Assembly (NCBI GenBank): GCA_001179505.1
Contig: CDMY01000337.1
Span: forward strand, 50,158 to 114,157
Reading direction: 5' to 3'
DNA length: 64,000 bases
Source: Vitrella brassicaformis CCMP3155
Taxonomy: Eukaryota > Protista > Chromerida
Shown here: positions 1-12,522 of the stretch, one piece after another
How positions within the stretch are numbered: position 1 is the stretch's first letter
How the letters are laid out: each line of letters opens with the position of its first letter
The notes under the pieces: model-generated
Told to the model about the DNA's origin: nothing
Seen by the model: only the letters and a program-made list of their open reading frames with translations
Databases searched by the model: none
Program-made: the position numbers and the translations under genes

Positions 1-17
1 GTGCTCGACCATCTACC

Positions 18-2700
18 CTACACGGCCCACCGAGGTTGTGCGTAGGTCCCATGTGGACACAGCTCTCCTAACCGCACCTCACCAAAGACAGAAGGCTGCA
101 GTGCGCGCAGTAGGAACAGCGCGATGAAGGGCATCATCTGTGACGTGATCAGCACAGCCGCTGCCAGCAGTGTCGTCAGCCTGAATGTCAGGACTCCAGG
201 CTCATCCTCGCTTCGCAATATAGGCAGGTTGTGCAAGCGAACTGCCACCTAGACACATAAGATACACACACATACACACACGAATGGGAGATACAGCCTG
301 TGTGGACTGTCCCGTGTGTCTCCCTCCCTTCTCCCTCTCACTAGCCAGGACTCCCACCCACCATGAACAGAACGATTTCGCATGCCATCTCGATGGCGAC
401 CAGGAGACACAGCCCGCCCAGCCTCTCGAACAGCCGAGGCAGCGAGGGAGACAGCAGCTGCTCCATCAACATCAACGACAGATTGATGAAAATCAGAATC
501 AGGCTCTCGGCCTGGTTGTAGGCATGGGTTTGGTCCGCCAACGCACGAAGGTATCGTGGCTTGACGTCATAGTCCATGAAATTGCTCTGCAGATCGACCA
601 CGGACGCCATGGATGATAGCCCGCTTGTTGTCGACCGCATGCGGCCTGCCCGCATCACACTCTGATAGATCTCACTCGACGATCGCAGCGGCTCCCCACT
701 GCCGGCTCGGTTGATGAATAATGCTGCTCCCTTCGTGCTCGTTGCCCGTGTGCGGGTTGTCTCGCTGCCGCCTGAAGTCACGGAAAGGCCATGGAGGCCA
801 GCCGTGTCTCCCCCTTTGGGCCAGCGGCCGTCGCGGATACGTGTGCACATCCGGATGATCTTGGCGTGGAGCATGTCAGCATAGGGCACTGCCAGGTCAC
901 CCAGGAGATCGTAGAGGGCGAACAGCAGAGACGACTTGATCTTGTAGCTGAGGGCAGTCATTTCAGCCTGCACAGAGGGAATGCTACTCAACATCCATGT
1001 GTTGAGAAGTCATCATCCTCACTTGCAGGAAGCGCGGTACGATCAGCGAGCCAACAATGATGGGGAAGATAATCGCAAAGTTGAGGAGAGGAGGGCCGTC
1101 CCGCATCTTGCGACAAAGGCCATTCACGGTCGCCACCAAAAGAAAGCTGGCAAACAAAAATGCGACCGCCAGTTGTGTTCTCTCGCCGTCCGTTGTGGTT
1201 CTCTCGGCTTTTGGCAGAAAGAGCCTCCCCCACAAAAGCGTGTGAACCGATTGCGTGTACACAAGGAAGGTCATCTGAATGGTATACAGCCTTCGCCTCT
1301 TGACCACCCCTGGCATGTCTCGCGAGACATGCCAGAAGAACCGAGGGACCATCACGGCGTATACTGCCCTCTCGAATCTGTAGGGAACGCGTGAACATCG
1401 AGACATGGAGACAGAAGGCACGTGCCTCTCACACTCCATCTCTCACTTACGCAAGAGAAATCCAAAGGAATAGTTTAAGCTGAGGGTATCTAGCCAAGGT
1501 CTGCAAGGTAGTATAGGCCACTACGGCTACCACAAAAAGAACCAAAAACTGGCGGATGCGCCGGAGCATTCCACATGGGCGGCACCCCTCAACCAGCGCC
1601 ACGAACAATATAATGAGTGCCAAGCAGCCGATGACAATTCTTGCATAATCAACCGCGATGGCCATGTTGGACTCGCAAGTCTTCCACACCAGGGGCACCG
1701 CCAAGACCAGCGGCAGCGCGAGAAAAAAGGCATACAGCACTTGTAGAACGACCACTCGCACCACTCGCCGCAATGACCGCATGAATGGCTCCGGCGTAAA
1801 CCGAGTGCCAACCAGCACTTCCCGCAGCTGAATTGTCTCTCCGTCATCCTCTACGGTTTTCTGCTCATAGACCAGGTGCGATTCGAATTCCTCAAAGGCC
1901 GCCGGGTACCCTGCACATCGGTGCAGCCAAGCAGAGGACTCACCAGGTTTGTACTGTCACCAGACTAGTGCTGTGTGCCCTTCGGCCCGTTCATTTGGCT
2001 CACCGGCAGCCTTCTGGAACTCCATCTTCATTGCCTGGATGGCCATCTCCTCGGCCCTTTGCGGCCCCGGCCTCCCCTCCTCAGAGATGTCCGGAAGGGT
2101 GAAGGTCGACTGTGACATTGCATGATGGCTGGGCCTTCTGAAAGCATCCTCGTTGACATGGACGCTCGCCGCCTCTCCTTGTCGGAGGTCAAGGTCCAGG
2201 AGGCAGTCGCTGCTCTGAATCTCCTGGCTGAGAGCACGGACCTTCTCGGCGATGAGCTCTTGGGGCCTCTTTTGGTCACCGAGCTCCCGTGGTTGTGTTC
2301 CGGATGTGTTCTCGCAGCTGGGGCCGACGGAGGTGTGCATGTCCTGCCGGAGAAAACACTGACACCGCCCCTCGCTTCTGCCGATTGGCTCCGACCGCCC
2401 TTCCAAGTCATCATTGCCGGGGCTGACCGTGTCACCCTCCATCGAGGGCCCACAAATCGGCGGAGTGGGGGGTCCTTGTCGAAGGCGGGGAAGGGTCCCA
2501 AAAGTAGTGGAATTCATCCCAAGATCATCCCATCCGAAAGCATCGTCCCCGTGGATCTGTGGGCTACCTCTGTGGGCTGGGGGCAGGTTTCCGTCTCGGG
2601 CCGCCACTACAGAGCGCAGCAGTACGCCAGTCCACGGCACAGGCTTTCTGACGGACCGTGCGGAGAAGCGTAGACCACACTGCCTCGACACTTGTCTCAA
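18..2700 (-). CDS. Multi-exon polytopic membrane protein of unknown function (about 10-11 hydrophobic segments after a hydrophilic N-terminus); start uncertain
   Basis: ORFs 1957-2700, 1447-1911, 984-1439, 341-994 and 18-248 are collinear on the minus strand and separated by intron-like gaps. Repeated TM-like stretches, e.g. VVLQVLYAFFLALPLVLAV, IVIGCLALIILFVALV, LLNFAIIFPIIVGSLIV, LGGLCLLVAIEMACEIVLF. Confidence 0.55.
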
Positions 2701-2750
2701 GCCACGTCTCCACTCCGTAACGCCTCGGAGGCTCTGTCCGCCTCGATGTG

Positions 2751-5700
2751 GTGATGCGACGAGCGCCAGGAGGGCAAAGTGTGAGGGGCCCTAGCCTCCC
2801 GTGCTCCAGCACTCCGAGCCACGCAGCCAATGGCATGTGCTTCTTCGTCTCCCCTGACCATTCCGGGCCTTCCCCTCTCCGCCACCCTCCGCCCTTCTAC
2901 CCGCCACCTGCGAACCCGCACCGGGCAGTCGTCCTTGCACAGGGCCCTGCCGGGATGGTGCGCGGCATTCCACCGCCGTACCCGCAGCCTTTCCCTCCTG
3001 GCCTGCCTCCACCATTTGTGGCCTGCCTGCCTGGATTTGGGCGCTCAGTGAGCCGTGACGTCTTCACAAGGGCCCACAAGTTGTCGCATGGGTGAGGCAG
3101 GAAGAAGACTAGCATCGGGTGTGATGAAGCAATGGCAGGGTTGTAACTTCAGGGCTGCGCGTGAGGACCCTTCGTTGCCCAGCGTGCCTCGCGGCGGCAG
3201 CAAGGAGGACATATCAGCGTTCCACCCGGGGAAGGGCAAGAAGGAACGGAAGAACAAGGCAGTGGCAAAGAAGAAGACCACCAGGAAGAAAGGTCAGAGA
3301 GACCCAGTGTGCGAGACCACACGAAAAGAGATAATATCTATTCTTTGCCTGTCTCGTTTCGATTTCTGTCTATCTGGCAGTGCTCCCCGATGCAGAGCCA
3401 CATGCTCGTCGCGCAGGAGCACAGCATCGAGAACCAACGCCTCAAACAAGGGACAGACGTCCTCCTCAGCCCAAGAGACCCGCCGAGACACCTGCAGTGG
3501 CTCCTGCAGCGCCCCGACCCCGGCACAAGTCCCCGCCGCCCGTCGTGAGCAAGGCGCCACCAATTGTCACTCCTCTGAGGGACGTCAGGCCTCCCCGACC
3601 GGTGACAGTTGAGCCGGCAGGGCCAAATGTACCTCTTCCGCCCAGGCCGAGCATCCCTCCACCTGCCGTATGCCCGGCTCCCATGTTTCTGCCAACAGAC
3701 AGAGACGTTCGGCGGCCTGCTCGTGAAGCCAACCAAGTAGCGTCGTCGCTGATGGCCCACCTGTCGACCCGTGACACCTTCTCGGATGTGTTGTCTCCCC
3801 GTGACGCCATTGGAGTGCAGAACCACCCTATGCCCAAGCCACAGCTCTTCTTTCCCTCGCACACGTGTATTGGGGCACCGGCTGGCTATTCTGACTCTCC
3901 TGTGCGGCGGACGTGGGAGGACAGCCGAGGAGACGCGGGCAGACTGGTGCTATCGTCACCACACGGAGAGCTGGAAGGCGGGCCTTCCAGGTTTGCGGCT
4001 GTTGCTGATCAGGAGCTGCTGGATTCCCCCACGGCCCCGTCGGACATTTCCTTCAAGACATATGTGCTGCGGTTCCCTGACCCCAAGCCAGACTCAGACA
4101 AGAAGGATGATGCTGACACCAAAGAGGGCAAGATGCGTCAGTATGCCCAGGCGGCCATGACACCACAGTCCTTTTCAGCGCTGTCGCTCACCACACCGCC
4201 GTGTCTCACGCCCGGCACGCTCCAACGGGAAGAGCGAGTCGCACTGGGGGGGAGAGAAGGAGCTAGAGCGGGTGCGGGTGCCAAGGCGTCCATCAGTCGA
4301 GAAGACCCAGCACATTCCCAGGCCAAGCAGGCGGCGGCTCATCGGCAAAGCATGGACTCGCCACAGGGAGGCAAGAAGCCCGCAGTGATCCCTCCCACTG
4401 CTGCAGCGGGTAGAGACCGCACAGCGAGCCGCAGCCACAGCAGGGACGCCAGTAGGGGAAGGAGCCGTGAAGATCCCAGCGTCAAGGTTCGTGCCAAGTC
4501 ACAGGAGCCGCCCCAGCAGAGACGGCACACACTCGATGCCAACCAGGCCTGGCGAGCAATGCTGCGATCGGACGGGGCAAACGCCACTCCTGTCAAGACA
4601 GACACCATCAATCGTCGCAGCAGCACGTCGCCCGTTGGCCCTCGATCGGGCGCCAGGAGCCGTAGCAATTCGGCATCGAAACGACCTTCTCATGTGGCCC
4701 GCCCTGGTGTCTATACCGTCGTGCCACAGCTGAGGAGGAAGAAAGCTCCCAAGGGAGGAGGAAGGAGTGCAGCGAATCGCCGTGCGTCGGTCGATGAAGG
4801 CGAACAGCCGATCCCGCACGGCGCCGCCTATGAGAGCGACGCTGAGACATGTGGGCAGAAGAGTGAGGAGATCGCGCCGCCTCCTGGGGAAGAAGGATCC
4901 ATCAACCCCCTGCAGGTCGGTAGCAGCAAGACAAGGAGACACATCCACCTGCAAGTTATTGTCTGGCTCTCTTTCGTGTTGCAGCACTCACCGGGGCTTC
5001 GCAGCACGAGTCCCTCGCGCCCTTTGCCAGGCCCATCAGGCCCCTCAGCGCCGCCCCGGGACAGGCCTCCTCTCCCCCAGCCGTCCCCATACTCGCCTGA
5101 CAGCAGTATCAGCAGCTACAGCAGGGCCAGGCCAACCGACGCAATGACGGTGACACTCGCGGCATCGAAGCTGGATTCCCAGACAAATGCGCCACGGAGG
5201 GGCCGGGGACCAGTAGTGCCGCCCCTGCCACTGGAGACCCTCAACAGCAAGGGTGGCGATCCCGAGGCAAAGCCGACTCTGCAGCCCATCAAGAAACAAG
5301 AGGCCTCACAACAGGCGAAGCGACCGCCGCCTGCCCACAATCGCCCCTATCTGCTCAAGATGACCACAGAAGAGCTGCGGGAGCGCGTACGGCTGGCCAC
5401 TGAGCTCGGCGAGACCCTCGACTACAAGAGCAAACCTCTGGAAAGGCTGGCCAACAGCAGCCTCCGATCCAGCCCACAGCTCCCATCTTCTCCGGCCAAC
5501 CACCCTTCGAAGCGACCCCCCGTCATGGGCGTTATGCGTCAGGAGAGCCCGGCTCCGCTCAAGAAGACGGCATTTCTGTGCGGCAGGGCGCCCGCCTCGT
5601 CCCTCAATCGGACAGAGCGGAGCCTGACGCCCACACCGAAGAAAAGGGACGGCCGCTCGTCGCGCCGAAGCATGCGCGAGGAGGCGGGCAGCGCCCGGCA

Positions 5701-6706
5701 TCAGGAGGCTGGAGACAAAGGCGGTGTTCGAAGCAGCAGTGTCAAGGAGATGGCAGGAGAGCCGAAAGTCCTTGACCAGGGCACTCGGACAAGTCTTGTA
5801 AAGAAGCCGCCACCCCTGCCGCCATCGGCAAAGCGTGCTGCTGCGCAGCTTGCTACAGATGGTGCAAATCAGGGACCTTCTCGAGACACAGACCTACGAC
5901 AAGATCGTGGGGGAAATGAAGGCGTCTCTGGGCCACCGTCAGTTGGGGGAGGTGAGCAGCCGACCGTTCCTGTGCCTATCTATTGCCTCAACAAGGCCGC
6001 CCCCCGGTCTTACGCAGACAGCCAGTGTGAGGAGAATCTACGCGCCCGGGACTCCCGCAATCCCTATGGGCTGCCTGCTTCTCCCACGGCCTTCTCGCTG
6101 ACCAGCTCCCCACTGGCAGAGATGAGACAGATCCCGCAGGCGTCGCCGCTACTCATGGCACCCACAGACGACACGTCTGGCGACGGTCAAACGGAGGCCG
6201 GCCCTTCCGCAGAGTGTCTCCACCAGCAGCAGCAGCAGCACTATGCCGCGGCAGCCGAGCAGATGACGGACGATGGCCCATTGCAGGGCTGCTATGCTGG
6301 CAGCAACGTGGACACAAGCTTTGCTAGCATCCCCTCGCCGTATGATGGCTCTGCTATTTCCGCCCATGGGGGAGGGGCAGAAATGTTCCGCCCGTCAGGT
6401 CTGCTTGGCCAGCCTCTGGTGACCGTGCACGAGTCAGAAGAGGCAGAAGACGGAGCGCATGACATCCCCAGGGACAACACCGAGACGCCGGAGAGGAGTC
6501 TGCGTCAGGGGGAGCAACTTGAGGGCGAGCAGGCAGAGGAGATGCTGCCCCTTTCAGTGAGCCCTGACTTGTCCAGCTGCAGCAGTGGCAGCCCGGCGTT
6601 GCAGAGAGACAGCGGTGTAGTGTCTGTCAATCGCCTGAGGTACGAAAGACTGCGCAGCGCATTCTTGTCTCGACAGGCACAATGCTGCAGCACCGACGGG
6701 GAATGA
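2751..6706 (+). CDS. Large (>1100 aa) Pro/Ser/Arg-rich, probably intrinsically disordered protein; 5' exons uncertain
   Basis: Uninterrupted 1108-codon ORF 3380-6706, preceded by an acceptor-like ...tctggcag and by probable upstream exons (2751-3290). No recognisable folded domain. Confidence 0.55.
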
Positions 6707-8431
6707 ATGTTGAGACAGACAAGACGGGAAGGGAAGACGGATTCTCTGTGTGTGTGGGTGGGTGGGTGGATGTGCACCGAGACCCAGACACCGAGAATGC
6801 TTCCCATACTTACCGACACCTTCACAATGAGTCCTTCCTTCATCTCAGCAAAAATGGGTGCTCGTGCCGCCCCACTTGAATCATGTACTGCAGTCCTTCC
6901 TTGTCCCTCCTTCCAATCGTCCCCCCCCATGGCAGCTGCTGTGGACTCATTCATGCAGTGTACTGGACACGGACAGCAAAAACTCCTCTCTTTGGCGAAT
7001 GCACCCATCCATCTCCTCTCCATTCATTCCCCCCACACTGACACCATCCATCCACACCCCAAGACACATCCATCACACGCACGCACATCGGTCCGTAGTC
7101 CATGCAATCCCCCACAACACCGGCCCTACTTGCGCAATAGCGCGTTGTAGATAGCAGACAGGGTCCTAGGAGAAGAGATGGCAGGCAGGCAGGCAGGCGC
7201 GACACGTCCCACTGCACGGGTCGCTATCGACGGTTCAGCGTGCGATGTCCCCGAGCTATCCGGTGACTGTTGCTGTCGGCTGCTCAGCCGTCGGAGGGCC
7301 CACTAACACCGCAGGCGTCACCGTCGATTGCAACTGATGCAGCCAGCGGACACACACAACCCACACATCAATCAAGAAGAAATCAGCATATTGCATGTAT
7401 GCATGCAGGCACATATGTATGTATCCATGAATGCATGTTTGCGCTCCCCCAGTCAGTCAGTCAGTCAGTGGAGTTCCATAGAAACTTGTGGAGCAATCAG
7501 TCAGTCAGTCAGTCGATCGATCGATCGACCGGATCGCGGCAAAACAAACGCATTATGCGCCATGCAGATGGCGTTGTTGCGTGTGTCTGTCTGTCTGTCT
7601 CCCTGTCTTATACATACATGGCGGCATCTAGAGGCCTGCCCTGGTGGCGCCAATAGTGCCTACATGTCAGTCAGTCAGCTAGTAAGTAGTATGATCCCCC
7701 ATCCACCCCCCCACCGACTCACCCACAGATGCCATCCACCCCTCTCACACATGAACGAACGCACATACGCTCTGCTCTCCCCCCACACACACGTACGTCC
7801 ATGCAAACATCAGATAGATAGGTACATATACTCACACGAGCCCCCATCTATATATAGTCTTCCTCTCTCCGTCTGCCTCAGCTCACGTTCGCTAACTCAT
7901 CCTTCCTCCCCACCGAAGACACTCACACCGTGACACCACAACGCTGCAGACATCCGGGGCAGGGGATGGTGGGAACCCGATGCGCGCATAGGTGAGGCCG
8001 CCCGCCCGTGTCAAAAGAACGCGCATCTAGACACGCGCGTCGTATGCACATGGATGTGTGTGTCCGGTCGATGGATGAGTCAGAGGTGAGGGGCTGGACC
8101 GGGTGTGTGACGCGCTTCACAATCCAATCAATACTGTCCGTCACTTACATACATGTACAAGAATGTACCCTCTTATATAGACACCACACGCAATCTCTCG
8201 GCTCTATCGTGACCCGAAAAGCCCCCCCGCCCCCCCACCATAACATGCATGTCCCTCTCTCTCACGCACTGCAAAGTCGTCTCTCTTCACTGCATACTTG
8301 CATCTATCTATCTATCTATCTCGATCGCCCCACCCACCCATCCACATGCTCATCCGTGTACTTGTATACCAAACGAAAAAAGGTCGGTCACCAGAGCGGT
8401 CTGGTAGGTCTCGAGCGTCATGAGAAGTCAA

Positions 8432-9870
8432 TCATATACACAGCTCGCTGTGCACCTCGCCCATCTCGAAGATCTGGTGAGTCACCACACACACAGGCAG
8501 AGAGAGAGGAGGGGGTGATCTCCTTGTCTGTCTGCGGCTGGTTGTTGTTGTGTCCGTCCGTGGTGGGCGCAGCGCACCTTCTTGACAACCTGTCGGACTT
8601 TGTCTCTGTGGTCCTGGTTGTTCGGGTCCACATCCAGATGAGTCACGTCAGCCTACACACACACAGACAGACAGCACACATGCGTCTTGATGGAAGGCGT
8701 GTGCTACGCTGTCGTGTGTTGTGTTGTGCTGACCTGCACGCCTATGAGGTAGATGCGCTGTCCGATCATGAGCGGGCTGATGTGCAGCAGGTTCCAGAAC
8801 CGCCGCTTGTCCTTCCGCTGGTTGAGGATCTTCACCACCAAATCGTCACACAAGTGCACTGTCGGCTCCTGCAGAAACATACACAGACAGTGTCGTGCAG
8901 ATGAACGAGATGGATGGCGCGTGTGTCGTCTTGTCTGTCTGCCGCTCACGTTGACGATTCGGTTGATGTATTGCTTGATCTGCCCGATGACGTTCATGTC
9001 GGAGTCTTCGCACTGCAGGAAACGGCAGTTGACCCCGATCACCTCCCAGGGCGAGTACCCTGCCACACACACACAACACACCATCACACACACGCCATCA
9101 CACACGCGGATGGACGGCTCTCGTTGCCCACGTTCGACTGAGTGTGTGCTGGCATACCGGTGAGGTCGCAGAAGCCCGAGCTGACTAGAATGATGGGGCA
9201 GTCCTGCTGGTTGGGGTCGCACAGGATGCTCGAGAATGTGAGCTTGTCGAAGTCCTTCTGCTCCAGCTGGCGGTCCTTCTGGGCCAGCGCCATGCTGTAC
9301 TTCAGGCGCAAATCCTCAACTGAAAACACACACACACAGGAAGGACACACGCACCACAACAGGCACACATGAGTGGCGAACACACGCACACACACACACG
9401 TGTCTGGCGTGCTGTGGCTGTCGTGCGATCCCCACCTTGCGATTCGAGCTCCTTGAGGCGCTTCCGCAGCCCCATGTTCTCCTCGCGCAGCTCCTCCAGG
9501 TTGACCTGCAAAGAACACACAAAAGCGGTAAGAACACTTGGCCTTGGCGCCAAGGCCAGCTGACCTTTTGACTCTCCTTGAGCGACGACGATGCACCACC
9601 TCCCTCGCCCTCGCCTGCCGTCGCCATCATCTGCCCCTCCCCATCTCCTCGGCCGAGCCCGCCGCCAGTGTGCTCATCTAGGTCGGTGGACACGGATCCC
9701 ATCCTGTCGCGGCTCGTGCGGTTCTTCTTGAGCTCACTCATGTCGTTGGTGAGGGGGATGGTGTGCTTCTTGGCACGCGCAGGACGCTCCGGCAGGACGC
9801 TCTGATCAGGCTGACCAGATATCATGTCAGCACGAGGATCACAAGCCTCACACTGTGCACCATCGGCCAT
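8432..9870 (-). CDS. Leucine-zipper + LOV (PAS) blue-light photoreceptor-like protein, 7 exons
   Basis: GT-AG splicing yields ...VNLEELREENMGLRKRLKELESQVEDLRLKY...FSSILCDPNQQDCPIILVSSGFCDLTGYSPWEVIGVNCRFLQ...NQRKDKRRFWNLLHISPL...YLIGVQADVTHL. This carries the LOV signatures NCRFLQ (Cys 9025-9027), NxRKD, FWN and GVQxDVT. Confidence 0.9.
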
Positions 9871-10333
9871 CACTGATGCGCGACCCTCGTCTGCAAGCTA
9901 AGCTCGCAAAGTTGGGAGGGCGAAGGAAACCGCCCCGTTCTACCCATTCCTCGGCCGTAGTCTGAGCCATTCATTTCCTGTTTGCTGGAAATCCCTCATT
10001 GTCCCTTCGGGCCGTTCATCCCGTGAGAATCCATCCATCCCTTTGGTTCGAGTCCATTCCGCCCATCCCTCATCCTCCTGCTGAGGAGCGTAAACGAAGT
10101 GGGGCTTCCCCCGTACACAACAACACCATGTCGTCCTGTTGCCGCCGCGAACCCAAGAAAGTCCCCGAGCCCCAACCAATGAGCCAAGGTGGGCACACAC
10201 GAGAGGGAGAGAGAGGGAGGGAGGGAGGGAGCCCCTCTTTTCATGCAGTGGGGGGACACTGCAGGAGTTTCTCCCGCTCTGTGTTTCTGGTTGTGGTCGG
10301 TCAGACGCGCGGACGAGAGCCTTTGGCGGCCCC

Positions 10334-11668
10334 ATGGCTCCTCCCCCCATGCAGGCCTACCACTCGCTCCCTCCGCAGCAGTTTCCGGCGGGCAAGATGC
10401 CCCCTCCGCCCCAAATGATGCCTGGTCCTCCCTTCGGTGTGCCGCCGCCCGCTCTGAGCCAGAAGGTGCCCATCTATACCGCCCCTGGAGGGCCTCAGCC
10501 GCCCATGCCCATGCCGCCCACAACCAAGCTCCCGCCCACTGGTCCGTCGATGCCCAATCTGTTGGTGCCGCCCTACGCGCCGCCGCCCACCGCCATCCTG
10601 ATGGCCGGCAAGCCCCCCATGCCTGGTGCGGGCGCGCCTCCTGCCATGATGCCGCCTCCACACGCTCAATCGACGCCAATGCTGCCCCGCCCGCAGTCTG
10701 GTATGGTGCCTCCTCCTTCGATGGGTCCGCCTCCCCACCATCCCGCCACTATGGGGGCGATGCAGCCACCACCCGGCCCTCCCGGGCCTCCCGGCCCCCC
10801 TGGGCCTCCTGGCAGCCGTCCGATGCTGATGCCGTTTGTGCCAGCGCATCCGTTGATGATGCCGCCCCACTTGCGCCGCCGTGGGCCGGGTTCTGACATC
10901 CAGGAGTTGATATGGCAGTACGCGACGACCAAGAACGAGCTCAACAGCTGCATGGCGCTGCTGCACGCCATCAACAGCGAGATGGCGGCCCTCAAGCAGA
11001 GCCACTCGTCGCTCAAGGTCATGGTGGACCAGCACGAGGTGATTCTGGGCGGGGGTGCGGGGGCGGGCAAGAGGGAGGCCGGGCTCAAGTTTGTCGTCAA
11101 CGGTGATCCCGATGACCCCGTGGACGTGTACCTGAACAACTTCGTCAAGACCCACAAGGACCTCAACCTCACCGTGGTCAAGATGGACCCGCCCCTCTAC
11201 ACACTCAACGGACAGGAGGCATTCATCACCGAGAAGGACGGCATCGTCGCAATCCGGGACGGAACAGAGTGGAAACCATTCATGGTCACCCCACAGCTCA
11301 GCACGACCCACCAGAGAGCCAGCCAGCCAGCCAGCCAGACACAAACACACCTCTGTCCGTGTGTGTTGGGGTTGGGGTCGTTCAGGAGTTCATAGCTGAG
11401 GCCACGTCAGGTGATACGTTGGAGGCCAAGCCGAAGAAGGCGGCGGTCAAGAAGGCTGCCGCCAAGGGCAAGGCCAAAGCCAAGGGCAAAGCCGCTGCCG
11501 CCAAACCCAAGGCCAAGGCCAAGCCAAAGGTGGGCCCGAATGGGATGGATGGGGTAGGGAGGGAGACATGAATCGCCTCTCATGTGGGTATTGTTTGTCT
11601 GTGTCTGTCTGTTTCAGGCCAAGGCTAAGGCCAAAGCAAAGGGGAAGGCCAAGGCCAAGGCGCGATAG
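10334..11668 (+). CDS. Proline-rich protein with coiled coil, divergent GAS2/GAR-like domain and Lys/Ala-rich basic tail
   Basis: Poly-Pro/(GPP)n N-terminus and a heptad segment. DPVDVYLNNFV...LTVVKMDPPLYTLNG...IVAIRDGTEWKPFMEFI aligns by pattern with the GAR fold (VRVGGGW diverged). Spliced tail KPKKAAVKKAAAKGKAKAK...AR, stop TAG at 11666-11668. Confidence 0.7.
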
Positions 11669-12522
11669 CCAACTACAACACAACAGACACCAGACCACAC
11701 CAAGAGGGCGGGACATGGTTGAATGGGTGAATTCAGTGAGCTGATGCTGGTCATGATGATGCTGGGCTGACAGATCATCGTAAGCGTGCCTGCCTGCCTG
11801 CCCGAATGCCTGAATGCCCGAATGCCTGAATGCCCGGCTGCGTGAACGTGAATGAGAGTGCACTGGTGAGTGATCGAATTCAGTGGTGCCTGACTGATCG
11901 GCCGTCTCGTCCGTCTGACTGCCTGCCTGCCTGCCTGCCTGTGGGTCCGTTTGCCTGCCTGCCTGCCTGCCGTGATAATGAAGCTCAGAGTGCCGCCCGA
12001 AAAGGGGCGTGCTGTGTGTGGTAGGAGACATGGCTTTTGACCGCTATGAGCCACACACCGACGAACAGAGAACGGAAGCGCAGGGTTTGCGAAGTGCTCG
12101 GATCACACACACGTGGGCTGCGCGGTTTTGTTTGGGAGAGAGAGAGACATGCAGGTGGACAGACACACACCCACACACAAATACTAATTGAATGCATGGA
12201 CGCACAGCTGGCTACGGTGGTCTCAGTGTCGCATTGATATGGCACACACACACATACATCTACACATCTATCTGCAAAGGCAATCAATGAGTATGGAAAA
12301 AATGCATGCAATCACATCGGTAGCTTAAGGCACATCACATGCAGCCATGCACATACAGACGGTCACATCCGCCATCAACCTGCCATTTCGGAGGAATGGA
12401 TTACGTCCTACATCGGGACTCACACTGTAGGCACCTAGCTGTTCCCTACTGGCTGTCGTAGCTAGCCGCGTTGATCCATCCATCCACTCACTGCCCCAGC
12501 CAGAGAGCTGTCAGTCAGTCAG

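Noticed and set aside
6710-8400. ORFs and repeat arrays between the large disordered gene and the LOV gene
   Set aside because: Microsatellite-rich intergenic/UTR DNA (GTCA, GATC, CTAT repeats); no repeat-spacer regularity, so not CRISPR.
8432-9870. Calling the LOV gene an aureochrome
   Set aside because: No basic region at the canonical spacing before the zipper; the KKNRTSRDR patch lies about 45 aa too far upstream.
10301-11350. 349-aa minus-strand ORF and similar long overlapping ORFs (2122-2673, 14542-15114, 24728-25483, 53846-54685)
   Set aside because: Antisense or alternative-frame shadows of GC3-rich genes, with biased composition and no domain signal.
11400-11668. Histone H1 gene
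   Set aside because: Only a K/A-rich tail spliced to the upstream GAR-like ORF; no winged-helix globular domain.
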